DNA of 64,000 nt from a plasmid: sequence record NZ_CP064874.1; one strand, 5' to 3'. A program made the position numbers and the translations under genes. This document shows positions 29,412 to 38,603 of this stretch, piece after piece (the stretch's first letter is position 1; each line of letters starts with the position of its first letter). The notes under the pieces were generated by a model that had not been told where the DNA came from, searched no databases, and worked only from the letters and a program-made list of their open reading frames with translations.

Positions 29412-30325
29412 TCACCGCCGCGGGCGTACATTTGGACCGAGCCACTCCGTCACCAGGGTGAGTACCGCATCGCTGTTCGACTCCTGCATCAGCATGTGGC
29501 CGTTGCCAGCCACGTTCGCTGCCGTCAACGCGACGAACCTGACATCGCCGCCTCGCTCGGCGAGCCAGTCTGCAGTCGCGCGGTCCGACTCGATCGGATG
29601 ATCGGTGTCGTGGGTACCGACCATCACGAGGGTCGGTAGGCCGTCCAACTCCCTGTCGCCGATATGGACCTGCGCACCGCGGACGTTCTGCCGCTCGAGG
29701 AGGAGCCCGGCTGGGATTGGCGCCAGCTGTGAACGGAGCTCGTCCAGGTGACCGGGTGGGAACTGCTCGCTTGCACCGACCAGCTTCGCCTCGATGAACT
29801 CTGGTCCGGGATGCCACCAGCCGCGACGGGGAAGCCTCCAGGTGAGCGGGCGTCCCTGGACGACGATGTGATCGGCGTCCTCTTCCAGCACGGCGGGCTC
29901 GGGCTGGATGTCCCCGGGGGGAGCGGGTGCCAGCGCGACTAGGGCGATCAGTGAATCCCGATGGTGGAAAGCGACCCGATAGCCGAAAGCGGCGGACATG
30001 GAGTGGACCACGAGGACGACCGGGCCGCCGAGCGCAGCGATTAGCTCGACGATCGCGCCGGCGACCGCCGCCCCATCCAGCCGCGTGTCGGGGTCCCATG
30101 CGCCGCCAGCCGACAACCCAGGCCACGTCATCACGACCGCGCGGTATCCGGCTTCGGCGAGACGGGGTGCCCACCCGGGTCGCCCGCCGATCGCTCGACT
30201 CCAGCCATCGGGGCCCACCCCCCGCCGTGAACGAGCAGCACCGTCGCACGGGCGGGGCCGCCGGGCAGCCATTCGGCGTAAGCGACGGTCCCAGCGGAAG
30301 TCGCGAAAGAGCGAAACGTCGTCAC
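29412..30325 (-). pseudogene. alpha/beta hydrolase with apparent frameshift (N-terminus in ORF 30131..30325, body in ORF 29412..30272)
   Basis: The N-terminus ..ATVLLVHGGGW.. is in one frame; the nucleophile elbow VVHSMSA and the rest are in another. Confidence 0.5.
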
Positions 30326-31035
30326 GACATGACGGAGACGATGGCTGCTGCCAGTTCCACAGGGCGCGTCAACATTGCCTGGTGGCTCCCCGGCGAGCTC
30401 GCGGTCGTGGGGTTCGTGAGCCGGTCTGCTGATGCGCGGTACAACTCCTGCGGCACAGCCCGATCCTCTTGCAGGAAGATGTAGCCGCTCGGCACGTCAC
30501 CGGTGCCGGCCGTCCGAAGACGGATCGGCTCGTCGAGCCAACCGCCAGGCGACGGCACCAGACGAGGCTCGACCTGCGCGTGAAGCTCCTCCGATCCGTC
30601 CTGCAAGAAAGCCGTCATGAATAGCTGCGGCGGGATCGGCACGCTCTGGTCGGGCGAGGACGCGGCTGTGCCACGGGCGAAATTCGCCAACTCGGCGGGG
30701 AGGATCGCATTGATCGACTCGCCGTCGGCGAGTACCCACGCGTCGATGAAGATCGCCTGCTCCACCTGCTCCGGCATCGCCTCAGCTACGAGTTGGATGA
30801 GCGGGCCGCCGCCACTGTGGCCGACTACGACGAACCGGTCCCACCCCTTGTCGGCGATCCGGCCGATGAGATTGTCCGCCATGGTCGAGAGCGTGACACC
30901 TGCACGGTCGTCGTTGTCACCGTGACCCTGCAAGGTTGGGGCCCATACCTCGTGGCCTGCCTTCGTGAGCTCAGCGACAACGCCGTCCCACGCCCAACCA
31001 CCCTGCCAACCTCCATGAACCAAGACGATGCGCAT
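30322..31035 (-). CDS. alpha/beta hydrolase (salicylate-esterase-like)
   Basis: Start MRIVLVHGG after AAAGGAG RBS; GHSGGG nucleophile motif. Confidence 0.7.
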   Translation of the reverse strand: MRIVLVHGGWQGGWAWDGVVAELTKAGHEVWAPTLQGHGDNDDRAGVTLSTMADNLIGRIADKGWDRFVVVGHSGGGPLIQLVAEAMPEQVEQAIFIDAWVLADGESINAILPAELANFARGTAASSPDQSVPIPPQLFMTAFLQDGSEELHAQVEPRLVPSPGGWLDEPIRLRTAGTGDVPSGYIFLQEDRAVPQELYRASADRLTNPTTASSPGSHQAMLTRPVELAAAIVSVMS

Positions 31036-32094
31036 TCTGGAACTCCTTTGTTCACCGACGGCGGGTTCCGTCGGATGGAATCCCACTCTACCTAGCAGAA
31101 TCTGTGCAGAACAACAGTCCTGTTCAATCCCTTCAGAAAGGGTCATTCGTACTCGTCGAGCTTCCGGAGGACGGTCTATCTGAGCGGCGTCTCACGGAGG
31201 TCCTGCAGCATGATCGCCCGGTTCAGGGGCGAGATGCATTGCGGGACCTCTCTGGCCAGCGTGACCGCCACTGCGCCGAGCGGGGTGCCGGATCCATGTG
31301 AGTCGCGTCGACACGAATCCGGAGATTGTGCCGGCGCCCAGCACGATGAGGGAGTTGACGATCATCCTGACGATGATCTGAACTCCGCCGAGAACGAATC
31401 CCTGAGCGGTCGTGTTTCCCTGCCCGTGATCTATGAACTGCGGGATGATCGCGAGTTACATGACAGCGGCCTTGGGGTTGAGCAGGTTGGTGACGAGCCC
31501 CATCCGGAACAGCTTCGACCGGGAGTCGCGCGCGTGGGATTGTGTCTCGAATAGCCCGTTGCCGCCGGGGCGCAGGGTTGCGGACGCCAGCCACGCGAGA
31601 TAGAGCACTCCAGCGGCTGTCCCGGTCCAGCTCACCTTGACAGGGCTCTCAGGGGTGAGTGCTCGACCGGACGATCCCCGCGGACTCGCCATGGAGCCAC
31701 GGCCAAGGAATGCGGAGATCGAGGACGCCGGTCGCGCTGAGCAACACCGGGATGAGGAGAAGAGTGAGCCGCCCCGTCGGCGATCGCCCTCGCCTCTGAA
31801 CGGCGCGGCTGCTCACTCGTTAACACACTCTAGGTCGATCTGCCTGCCGCAAGCGGGCATCTGAGTTGAGTCGGACCAACTGTAGGAAAATGCCATTTCG
31901 CGTGGAATCCTGGCCCTGAAACCGTTGCCAACTACCGTGGAATCGCGAGGGGTTCATGCCATCTCGAGCGGGAACCTACAATGCCGCTTTCCTCGAGGAG
32001 GATGCGACCGTGAGGATCCTCGCGGTCGGTACAGACGACTATGAGGTGTTCCCCTCGGCGCTGGCGCACGAGATCGCCCGAGGTCTCTGACGCG

Positions 32095-33498
32095 CTAGAG
32101 GAGCGCGGTGTCCACGCGGCAGCACTTCTGCTGCGCGTAGGGACGGTCACTCAACGGGATCCAGCCCTCTTCTCCTCGGCGGAGGAGGCGCGGGTGTCCG
32201 GGCTCGGTCTCAGCAGTCATGTGTGGGCCAGCGTTGGTCCAGCAGTTCTGTGCGCGCGTCTCGCACCACAGCGCGAGTCGCGCTTCGCGGGGGAGACATG
32301 CCCGGTGCGTCCACCAGGCGCGCTTCTCCCCGTAGGGGCCGAATTGGTGCCCTTCACTGTGGGCGATTGCGTCGTGGACAGCGCGGAACACGTCGTTGGC
32401 GAGCATCGGCGCGCGCTCTCCCGAGGGGAGGGTGACGGTCACGGTGCGTGCCATCGGGTGGTCCGGCGGTAGAGCGCCTTCGGTGTGCTGCGAGACCTCG
32501 GTGCGGAAGTAGAACAGATGCTTGTTCTGTCGCAGATCGTCGAGCATCGCGGCGGAGTCGGCATAGGGCTGCTCGGCCTCTCCGTGCCAGGGCTCGAAGG
32601 TGTAGCCGGCTTCCGTGAGCATGTCCCACTGCGCGCCGATGTGCTGGCGCAGGCTTCGGTAAGACCGGGCGACCTGTGGGTGGGTGGGTTCGTGCGCTGC
32701 GGCCGCGTAGGCTCGCGCTGCAGCGATGTCGTCGAGCTCGGTCAGCCGGGGGATGGGTTTGCGTTGCGGGAACCCGTGCGCGTCGGCGTATCGCTCTCTG
32801 AGCGATTGGATCTCCTTGATGGGCTGGTGGCGCTGGTAGCTGTCGGTGCCTGGCACGAACGCGACGTGCGCTCGAGCGAAGGTGGGCGACGTGCCGAGAC
32901 GTGCGGCGATCGCGTTCACGGCGGATGCCGGCAGCGGGTACTCGGCGGGTTCGGCGATCTCGAGCTTGCCGTCGTAGAGCCTGCCACCTGGTGCGCCGGC
33001 GGCGCGGAGGATGTCGAGAGTCTCCTGGACTTGCAGCTGCGAGCCGGTGTCGGCGGCGAAGCTGTAAACCCGGTCAGGTCCGTCCGGGTCGAAGTACCCG
33101 GCCATGATGCTGTCCTGCTCATACCGTCCTGCGAGCTCTCCCGCCCAGTCGGTGACCTGCTCGAAGCTGTCCGCACGGACGATGTAGGCGCCGGCTGGTT
33201 CAGATGCGCCTTCCCAGAGCCCGTCTGCGTGCTGCAGTTCCGAGATCTCGATGCCGTGGCGTTCCGCGGCGGCGCGGAGGGTGTCTTCGTACTCGATCCA
33301 CTCGTCGGTGTCGTAGTAGCTGGGGCGGGAGCTCATTCGCATCAGCTCGCCAGAGACCGGCCGGAACGGGGTTGCCCCGATGAAGGCCTCGAGCTGCTTC
33401 TCGGCGTTCTGCTCACGCTTCTCCGCACGCCGACGCCGCTGCCCTGCGGCTGTCGACGACGGGCACCGTCGCCCTCCGTGGTCGATGTCGTCGCACAT
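32095..33498 (-). CDS. hypothetical protein (467 aa), first (most downstream) gene of the minus-strand element
   Basis: Start MCDDIDHGGRRC follows RBS GGGAGAGG, downstream of repeat-2 copy 33518-33553. Confidence 0.5.
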   Translation of the reverse strand: MCDDIDHGGRRCPSSTAAGQRRRRAEKREQNAEKQLEAFIGATPFRPVSGELMRMSSRPSYYDTDEWIEYEDTLRAAAERHGIEISELQHADGLWEGASEPAGAYIVRADSFEQVTDWAGELAGRYEQDSIMAGYFDPDGPDRVYSFAADTGSQLQVQETLDILRAAGAPGGRLYDGKLEIAEPAEYPLPASAVNAIAARLGTSPTFARAHVAFVPGTDSYQRHQPIKEIQSLRERYADAHGFPQRKPIPRLTELDDIAAARAYAAAAHEPTHPQVARSYRSLRQHIGAQWDMLTEAGYTFEPWHGEAEQPYADSAAMLDDLRQNKHLFYFRTEVSQHTEGALPPDHPMARTVTVTLPSGERAPMLANDVFRAVHDAIAHSEGHQFGPYGEKRAWWTHRACLPREARLALWCETRAQNCWTNAGPHMTAETEPGHPRLLRRGEEGWIPLSDRPYAQQKCCRVDTALL

Positions 33499-33517
33499 GG
33501 CCTCTCCCGTTCGTCTG

Positions 33518-33553
33518 CTGGGTATAGGCCGGTGTTGGGGGTGTTCGCGGACA
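33518..33553 (-). promoter_or_regulatory. repeat family 2 copy (GGGTATAGGCC-N12-GTTCGCGGACA), promoter-like
   Basis: ctgggtataggccggtgttgggggtgttcgcggaca, ~20 bp upstream of the 32095..33498 start. Confidence 0.5.
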
Positions 33554-33607
33554 GAAATCGGGCCCCGCCGGTGAGCGGGGCCCCGAGGAGTGCGGTCGAG
33601 GTCTGGG

Positions 33608-34017
33608 TCAGCCGTTGAGCTCCTCCCAGACCTGGTACGCGCGGTGGAACTCGGGGCTGTCATCGTTCCCCTCATTGATGAGCTGGTCGAGGTACTCGTC
33701 GAGCTCGGCCTGCGAGAGCTGGCGTGGATCCTTCATGACACGGACCCATCCGCTACCGGCGGGCAGCTGCATCGGGCGCGTGGCTGCTGGCCTTTCCAAT
33801 TGCCGGTGTAGAACAGCGCGCACGGCCACTCATGCTCGCCGCGGCGCCGCGGCCTCGGGACGGCGACCGTGAGCTCACTGCCCAGGTTCAGCGCGTCCAT
33901 GATGTCGTCGGCGATGAAACCTGCCTCTTCGTCAGGCTCGTCGGTGTGCTGCTGGATTATTCGCACGATCGTCGCGCGCACATCCAGAGTGACGGACGAC
34001 GGCGCAGCCCCGGTCAT
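33608..34017 (-). pseudogene. small acidic protein split over two frames (33733..34017 + 33608..33829)
   Basis: Both halves look coding (..EPDEEAGFIADDIMDAL.. / ..SQAELDEYLDQLINEG..) but are out of frame. Confidence 0.4.
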
Positions 34018-34454
34018 CGGGTGTACTCGCTCGGTGAGGGGATCGGCAGGTCGGGGTCGCGCAGCTCGTACTGCCGGTCCTCCACGTAGGCGGCGTACTC
34101 GTCGGCGAACTCACGCGCCTCGGCCTCGTTGTGTCCGTCCTGGCGGGCGTGATCGAACGCCGCCCGCCACTGCTCCCCCACTGCGCGATCGCGCAGCGCC
34201 GCGCTGACACCATCCATCAGCTGACCGGCCCGCACGGACGCGAACCGCAGATCCCCTTCGGCGAGGGCGAACAGGATCTTCTCGATGCCTTCGATGGCGG
34301 GTGCGGGGATGGTCAGGGTGATGTCGTCGCCGGCGTCGTGCTGGCCGGTGCGGAGGCGCCAGAGTGCGTCGGAGAGGGTGAGTGCGCGTTGGCGCTGGAT
34401 GGGGGTAAGGAGGGAGCTGTCGGTGCCGGTCGTGGTGGGGGCGGGGTTAGGCAT
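34014..34454 (-). CDS. hypothetical protein (146 aa)
   Basis: RBS GAGGAGG; ATGA-coupled to the downstream gene. Confidence 0.5.
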   Translation of the reverse strand: MPNPAPTTTGTDSSLLTPIQRQRALTLSDALWRLRTGQHDAGDDITLTIPAPAIEGIEKILFALAEGDLRFASVRAGQLMDGVSAALRDRAVGEQWRAAFDHARQDGHNEAEAREFADEYAAYVEDRQYELRDPDLPIPSPSEYTR

Positions 34455-34668
34455 GCTCGGCCTCCTCTGTGGGCGGATTCATGATGATGAACCCTGTGCC
34501 GGTGGGCGGCTGGTCCTGGCGCAGTCCGATGATCTCGGTGTCGTTCGCGTCGGTGTCGTTGAGGGTCTGCGTGAGCAGGTCGGCGTACTCGTCCGGGGTG
34601 AGTGCCTGGACGGCCGCGGCGTCGGTGACGTCGACGGGCTTGCCGTTGACGTGGAAGATGCGGGTCAT
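34447..34668 (-). CDS. hypothetical small protein (73 aa; start MTRIFHVNGK)
   Basis: RBS AGGGAG precedes the internal ATG of ORF 34447..34701. Confidence 0.45.
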   Translation of the reverse strand: MTRIFHVNGKPVDVTDAAAVQALTPDEYADLLTQTLNDTDANDTEIIGLRQDQPPTGTGFIIMNPPTEEAEHA

Positions 34669-34713
34669 GGTGCTCCCTGGTAGTGCGTCGGTGGTGTCCA
34701 TCTTCGTCGCGGG

Positions 34714-35013
34714 TCAGTGGAGGTCGAGTTCGACGCTGTCGGCTTCGAGGTCGGGGATGGTCTGGTCAGGGTGGCTGAACGTGGCGGCGGGGGCGTGGAC
34801 GGTGACGCGGTCCCCGCGGTGCGTTGTCAGTCGGAGCAGCTCGGCGAGGGCGCCGTTGGCGTGGACGTTGTAGGGGCCGGCGTCGGTGTCGACGCGGAAC
34901 CCTACTCGTGCTCGGCGGTCGGGGAGGCGGCGGACGAGGGTGAGCGGGGTGCGGATGGTTCCTGTGATGGTGACCGCGGTGCCCGTGGGGGCGGCGGTCT
35001 GGGTGATGGTCAT
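34714..35013 (-). CDS. cassette gene: hypothetical protein (99 aa; start MTITQTA)
   Basis: ATG at 35013 after GAGGAG, 22 bp downstream of palindrome 35036-35052. The ORF-track extension MNVTFTV.. is a translation of the palindrome. Confidence 0.55.
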   Translation of the reverse strand: MTITQTAAPTGTAVTITGTIRTPLTLVRRLPDRRARVGFRVDTDAGPYNVHANGALAELLRLTTHRGDRVTVHAPAATFSHPDQTIPDLEADSVELDLH

Positions 35014-35035
35014 GGCGTTTCTCCTCAATCGAACA

Positions 35036-35052
35036 GTGAATGTGACATTCAC
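35036..35052 (-). promoter_or_regulatory. 17-bp perfect palindrome GTGAATGTGACATTCAC (operator-like), copy 1
   Basis: Direct read of the sequence. Confidence 0.7.
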
Positions 35053-35117
35053 TGACTATACGCCTGCATGCCCGGTGGGGGAACCCCCGTGCATGGTGTT
35101 GCTGCAGGCCCTTCTTG

Positions 35118-35154
35118 CTGGGTATAGGCCGATGTTGGGGGTGTTCGCGGACAT
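35118..35154 (-). promoter_or_regulatory. repeat family 2 copy
   Basis: ctgggtataggccgatgttgggggtgttcgcggacat. Confidence 0.5.
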
Positions 35155-35177
35155 CCGGGTTGTGGAGGTCGGTGCGG

Positions 35178-35618
35178 TCAGTCGTCGGGGCCGCTGTCGG
35201 GTTCGTCGCACGCGCCGCTGTTGATGGCGTCGACGCCGACTTTCGTGAGCACCCAGCCGGGTTCGACCCACGAGTAGCGTTCGATCAGTCCTCGCCTGCG
35301 GAGGGACTGGATGGTGCCGCCGGGGATCCCCAGGCCTGTCGTGTCGAGGTAGCTGGCGCCGCCGGAGAGTGATCGGCCATCGGCGATCATCCGCATGGTG
35401 ACTCGTTGGGACCAGTTCAGCGGCCGGGCGTTCTGGCGGCGCTTGAGCTCGGTGGTGGCGCATCGCGTGGCGTCGGCCTCGGTGGTGTGATGGTGGGCGC
35501 AGCGCCACACTCGTTCGCCGGACTGGTGGGTGTCTTTGTCGGCGACGTCGTCGATGACGCCGCGCAGCGCGCCTCCTGGGCGTCCGGGAGTCCATGATGA
35601 CCAGCTGGCGGTCAGCAT
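35178..35618 (-). CDS. hypothetical protein (146 aa)
   Basis: Overlaps the stop of 35612..35803 (operon). Confidence 0.45.
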   Translation of the reverse strand: MLTASWSSWTPGRPGGALRGVIDDVADKDTHQSGERVWRCAHHHTTEADATRCATTELKRRQNARPLNWSQRVTMRMIADGRSLSGGASYLDTTGLGIPGGTIQSLRRRGLIERYSWVEPGWVLTKVGVDAINSGACDEPDSGPDD

Positions 35619-35803
35619 GCGATCGCCGCGGTCAGCTCGGGGGTGAGGATGCCGGCTTGCTGGTCTGCACGCACGGCTGCGCCGCAGTCTTTGCAGGTCA
35701 CGTCGGCGATCGTGGTGGCTGCCGATGACGTCTTGCGTCCGCAGTAGCCGCGTTGCCCTGTGGCGGTGGCAAGGCAGGTTCGGGCGGTGCTTTCCTGTGT
35801 CAT
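35612..35803 (-). CDS. small zinc-ribbon protein (~63 aa; CGRK...CKDCG)
   Basis: Start MTQEST after GAGGA; ATGA overlap with the upstream gene. Confidence 0.45.
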   Translation of the reverse strand: MTQESTARTCLATATGQRGYCGRKTSSAATTIADVTCKDCGAAVRADQQAGILTPELTAAIAC

Positions 35804-36063
35804 TGGTGGGGCCTGTCCTCGCAGCTCGAGCAGAGGTCGGGGGTGCCGTCGTCGTTGACCCACCAGCAGCCGCCGAAGCATGCTCGCTCGTCGGTGCAGC
35901 CGCAGACGTGACAGGTGCGCACGAGCTCGAGGAGCACCTGGTCGATTCCGCCTTGGGCGCCGAGCTCCGCGCCGAGCGCGGTGACTCGTGAGATCACGTC
36001 CTCGGGTGCGGTGCTGGGCACTTGGATCGTGATGGTGGTGGTAGGTGTGGTGCGGTCGTTCAT
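35800..36063 (-). CDS. small Cys-rich protein (87 aa; CHVCGC...CFGGC...CSSC)
   Basis: Intact ORF, operonic. Confidence 0.45.
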   Translation of the reverse strand: MNDRTTPTTTITIQVPSTAPEDVISRVTALGAELGAQGGIDQVLLELVRTCHVCGCTDERACFGGCWWVNDDGTPDLCSSCEDRPHQ

Positions 36064-36085
36064 GGTGGCCTTCCTGATGTTGGTG

Positions 36086-37381
36086 TCAGGCGGAGCGGGC
36101 GAACTTCGTGGCTGCGGTAGTCGGCTGCAGGGCGAGCAGTCGTCGTGCTTTCTCTGCTTCGATCTCGCGGGGCAGCTCTCCTTTGCGGGTGCCTGAGCGG
36201 CCGTAGAGGAGGATCTTCACGCCGGTCTTGGACACCTGTGCCTGGTCGGCGATCTCGAGGACGGTCATGCCGGATGCCATGAGCTGGCGGACGTGCTGTC
36301 GGATCGGCTCGGCGGGCACGCGCGGGGCCTGCGGGGCGATGCCGGCCTCCCGGCGTCGGCGCCGTTCCTCAGCCAGTGACGCATCGGCGCACGAGATCTC
36401 CGCGGGGCAGTGGTCGCGGTCCTTGCAGCCGAGCTGGTAGCCGTAGGCGGTCCCGTGGTGCTCGAGCGGGATGCTCTGCGCCTTCCGGTTCGCCATCCAC
36501 TGCCGGTGATACTCGCGGCCGGCTTCGATGCACTCGGGGCGGTCGCAGCCGCGCGCTCGGCATGCGTTGGTGCCGTGCGGCTGCAGCTGCCTCGGCTGCG
36601 AGGTTCGGGCAGCACGCGCGGTCCGAAGTCGCGGTGTGCGTGGCCTGGCCGGTGGGGAAGGGCGATCGTGGTCTGCGAGGGCGTCGACGGCGGACTGGTG
36701 CCGCAGGGTTGCCTCCTGCAGCGCTCTCTCGATCACCCCTCCGACGGAGAGGCCGGTGCCGGCGGCGATGGTGGCCGTCTTGAGGGTCTCGGCCGCGGCG
36801 CGCAGCTGGCCGCGCAGCTCTCGGTGGTCTTTGCGCCACTGCTCGAGCTCGTCGACGTGACGATCGAGGTCCGCTTCGTAGCCGTCGAGTGCCTCTGAGA
36901 ACGCGCTGGCGAGCTCTGCGGGGAGCTTCTCGGCGTCGCTGCGTGCCTTGTCGAGCCACTGGTAGCCGGGATGGGTGCGCGGCCGCGGCGTCGACGGGCG
37001 AGGCCGTGCGGTCGGCGCCGGCGCCGGCGCCTCCTTCGGCATGCGCGGGGGTTTGGGTGTGTTGGCGCGCGCCGGCTTCGGTTTGGGGGTCGGCTTGGGT
37101 CGACGGGGGCGTGTGGCTTCGACGGCGGCACGGCGCTCTTCTCGAGCGGCGATCTTGTCCCGTTGCCGCGACTCGGCACGCGCGGCCTCGTCGCGCTCGA
37201 GGATCTCGGCGAGCGGTGTGCCGGCGTCGATGAGCTTCGCGAAGGAGTAGTCGCCCACGTAGCGGGTGTGGACGGTGCGGCAGGGGATCAGCGCGGGGCA
37301 CGCGGCAGTGCGGCATCCGTGGCGGTACCCGTCCGGGGTACCGTGCGGGAAGCGGTCGTCGAGGAGATCGAGGGTGGACAT
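36086..37381 (-). CDS. phage-type DNA-binding protein with two HGxxxGYxxGCxxxxCP cysteine motifs, Pro/basic linker and C-terminal HTH
   Basis: HGTPDGYRHGCRTAACP and HGTAYGYQLGCKDRDHCP, then MTVLEIADQAQVSKTGVKILLYGRSG. Confidence 0.55.
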   Translation of the reverse strand: MSTLDLLDDRFPHGTPDGYRHGCRTAACPALIPCRTVHTRYVGDYSFAKLIDAGTPLAEILERDEAARAESRQRDKIAAREERRAAVEATRPRRPKPTPKPKPARANTPKPPRMPKEAPAPAPTARPRPSTPRPRTHPGYQWLDKARSDAEKLPAELASAFSEALDGYEADLDRHVDELEQWRKDHRELRGQLRAAAETLKTATIAAGTGLSVGGVIERALQEATLRHQSAVDALADHDRPSPPARPRTPRLRTARAARTSQPRQLQPHGTNACRARGCDRPECIEAGREYHRQWMANRKAQSIPLEHHGTAYGYQLGCKDRDHCPAEISCADASLAEERRRRREAGIAPQAPRVPAEPIRQHVRQLMASGMTVLEIADQAQVSKTGVKILLYGRSGTRKGELPREIEAEKARRLLALQPTTAATKFARSA

Positions 37382-37392
37382 GACGGTCGACC

Positions 37393-37854
37393 TCAGTAGC
37401 GGAGGAGCTTCGCGGTGACCAGGGTCAACAGTGCTGCCCGCTGCGGGGCGTTGAGCCGTGAGAAGTGCGCACCAACGGTGTCTAGCGCCGTGGTGAACTC
37501 CTCGGGCAGACCGTCGAGATCCCGCTTGATGCGCCGCTCATTCGCATCCCGCTGCGCCTCCGCTTGATCGGCCACGCGCCACTCGTCGGTGGCGGCTGTG
37601 TCGGCGTATCTGCCGGTGATCCGTGGCGTGTACTGTCCGCCCGTGTAGAGCACGGTCGGCTCGCCGGCGGGGCGGGTGATCGTGATGATCGCGCCCACCG
37701 GAGCCGACGTGTACGGCTTGTACGAGCCGAGCTCCTTGCTGGTGAGCTCACCGTCGTCGAGCGTCCGATACCAGTGCGCGAGCTTTCCATTACTCGCGGC
37801 CTTGCGGCCGACGTAGACGACTTCCTCGGTGACGGTCGCTGCCTCTTCGCTCAT
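37393..37854 (-). CDS. cassette gene: hypothetical protein (153 aa)
   Basis: ATG 32 bp downstream of palindrome 37887-37903; RBS GAGGAG. Confidence 0.55.
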   Translation of the reverse strand: MSEEAATVTEEVVYVGRKAASNGKLAHWYRTLDDGELTSKELGSYKPYTSAPVGAIITITRPAGEPTVLYTGGQYTPRITGRYADTAATDEWRVADQAEAQRDANERRIKRDLDGLPEEFTTALDTVGAHFSRLNAPQRAALLTLVTAKLLRY

Positions 37855-37886
37855 TGGGGAGCACTCCTCGGATCAGTAAGAAAGTA

Positions 37887-37903
37887 GTGAATGTGACATT
37901 CAC
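37887..37903 (-). promoter_or_regulatory. palindrome GTGAATGTGACATTCAC, copy 2
   Basis: Direct read. Confidence 0.7.
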
Positions 37904-37908
37904 TGATA

Positions 37909-38118
37909 CTAGAGAGGTTGCAGGGTCTTCGCAACCGTCGTCGTCGTCACGTCGACGGGCCGCTCTCGACGCTCGTTGACGGGAATCATCCGCACGGGCT
38001 CGTCGCGGGGAGCTTCGATCTCGAAGCCGCACGCGCCGCAGCTGTGCAGCCCGATCCCGTCGACGTCGTCGGAGGGGATGTACATGGTGGTCGGCTCTTC
38101 GCACATAAGGCAGCGCAT
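37909..38118 (-). CDS. small zinc-ribbon protein (69 aa; CLMC...CGAC)
   Basis: Internal ATG of ORF 37909..38421 with GGAGA RBS. Confidence 0.45.
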   Translation of the reverse strand: MRCLMCEEPTTMYIPSDDVDGIGLHSCGACGFEIEAPRDEPVRMIPVNERRERPVDVTTTTVAKTLQPL

Positions 38119-38138
38119 GGTGATCTCCGTTCGCGTGG

Positions 38139-38603
38139 TCAGGCGCTTGTTGCCGGGGTGATCGGTTGGACGGTGGCGGAGTAGCCGCGGTGGGAACCCC
38201 AGGCGGCGGCGATGCGGTCGGCGACGTCGCGGTCCTCTCCGAGGTACGGGCGGTATCGCTTGCCGCGGGGGTCTGTGATGACGACCTGGACGACGCCGGA
38301 TGGCTCGCGCACGGTGACTCTGGCTGCGGGGATCGGATACGCCTGGACGTGGCCGGCGATGATGAAGATCGGGTACAGGTCGCGTGCGAGCTCGGGGGTG
38401 CGGAACACGTCGTGAACCCATGCCGTGATGGCGAGCGCGCCGGCGGGGCTGAATCCGATGAGTCGTGCGGGGAGCTGCTCGAGCCCGGCGCGCACGAAGT
38501 AGTGCTCGTCGACGAGGATCGGCGTCGGTGGGAGCAGAGACTTCTCGTCGTGGGCGGGGTAGATGGTCAGGCTGGTGCGGCTGTTCATGAGGCGCTCGTT
38601 CAT
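38139..38603 (-). CDS. hypothetical protein (154 aa)
   Basis: Internal ATG (MNERLMNS) of ORF 38139..39338; ATGA overlap with the upstream gene. Confidence 0.45.
   Translation of the reverse strand: MNERLMNSRTSLTIYPAHDEKSLLPPTPILVDEHYFVRAGLEQLPARLIGFSPAGALAITAWVHDVFRTPELARDLYPIFIIAGHVQAYPIPAARVTVREPSGVVQVVITDPRGKRYRPYLGEDRDVADRIAAAWGSHRGYSATVQPITPATSA

Noticed and set aside
31830-32000. Searched element boundaries (31.8-32.1 kb, 55.03-55.07 kb, 10.4 kb, 21.2 kb) for tRNA genes or direct-repeat att sites
   Set aside because: No cloverleaf-compatible sequence (no GTTCGAATC-type T-arm) and no direct repeat of 12 bp or more shared between putative ends; only ggtcgat is shared, which is not significant.
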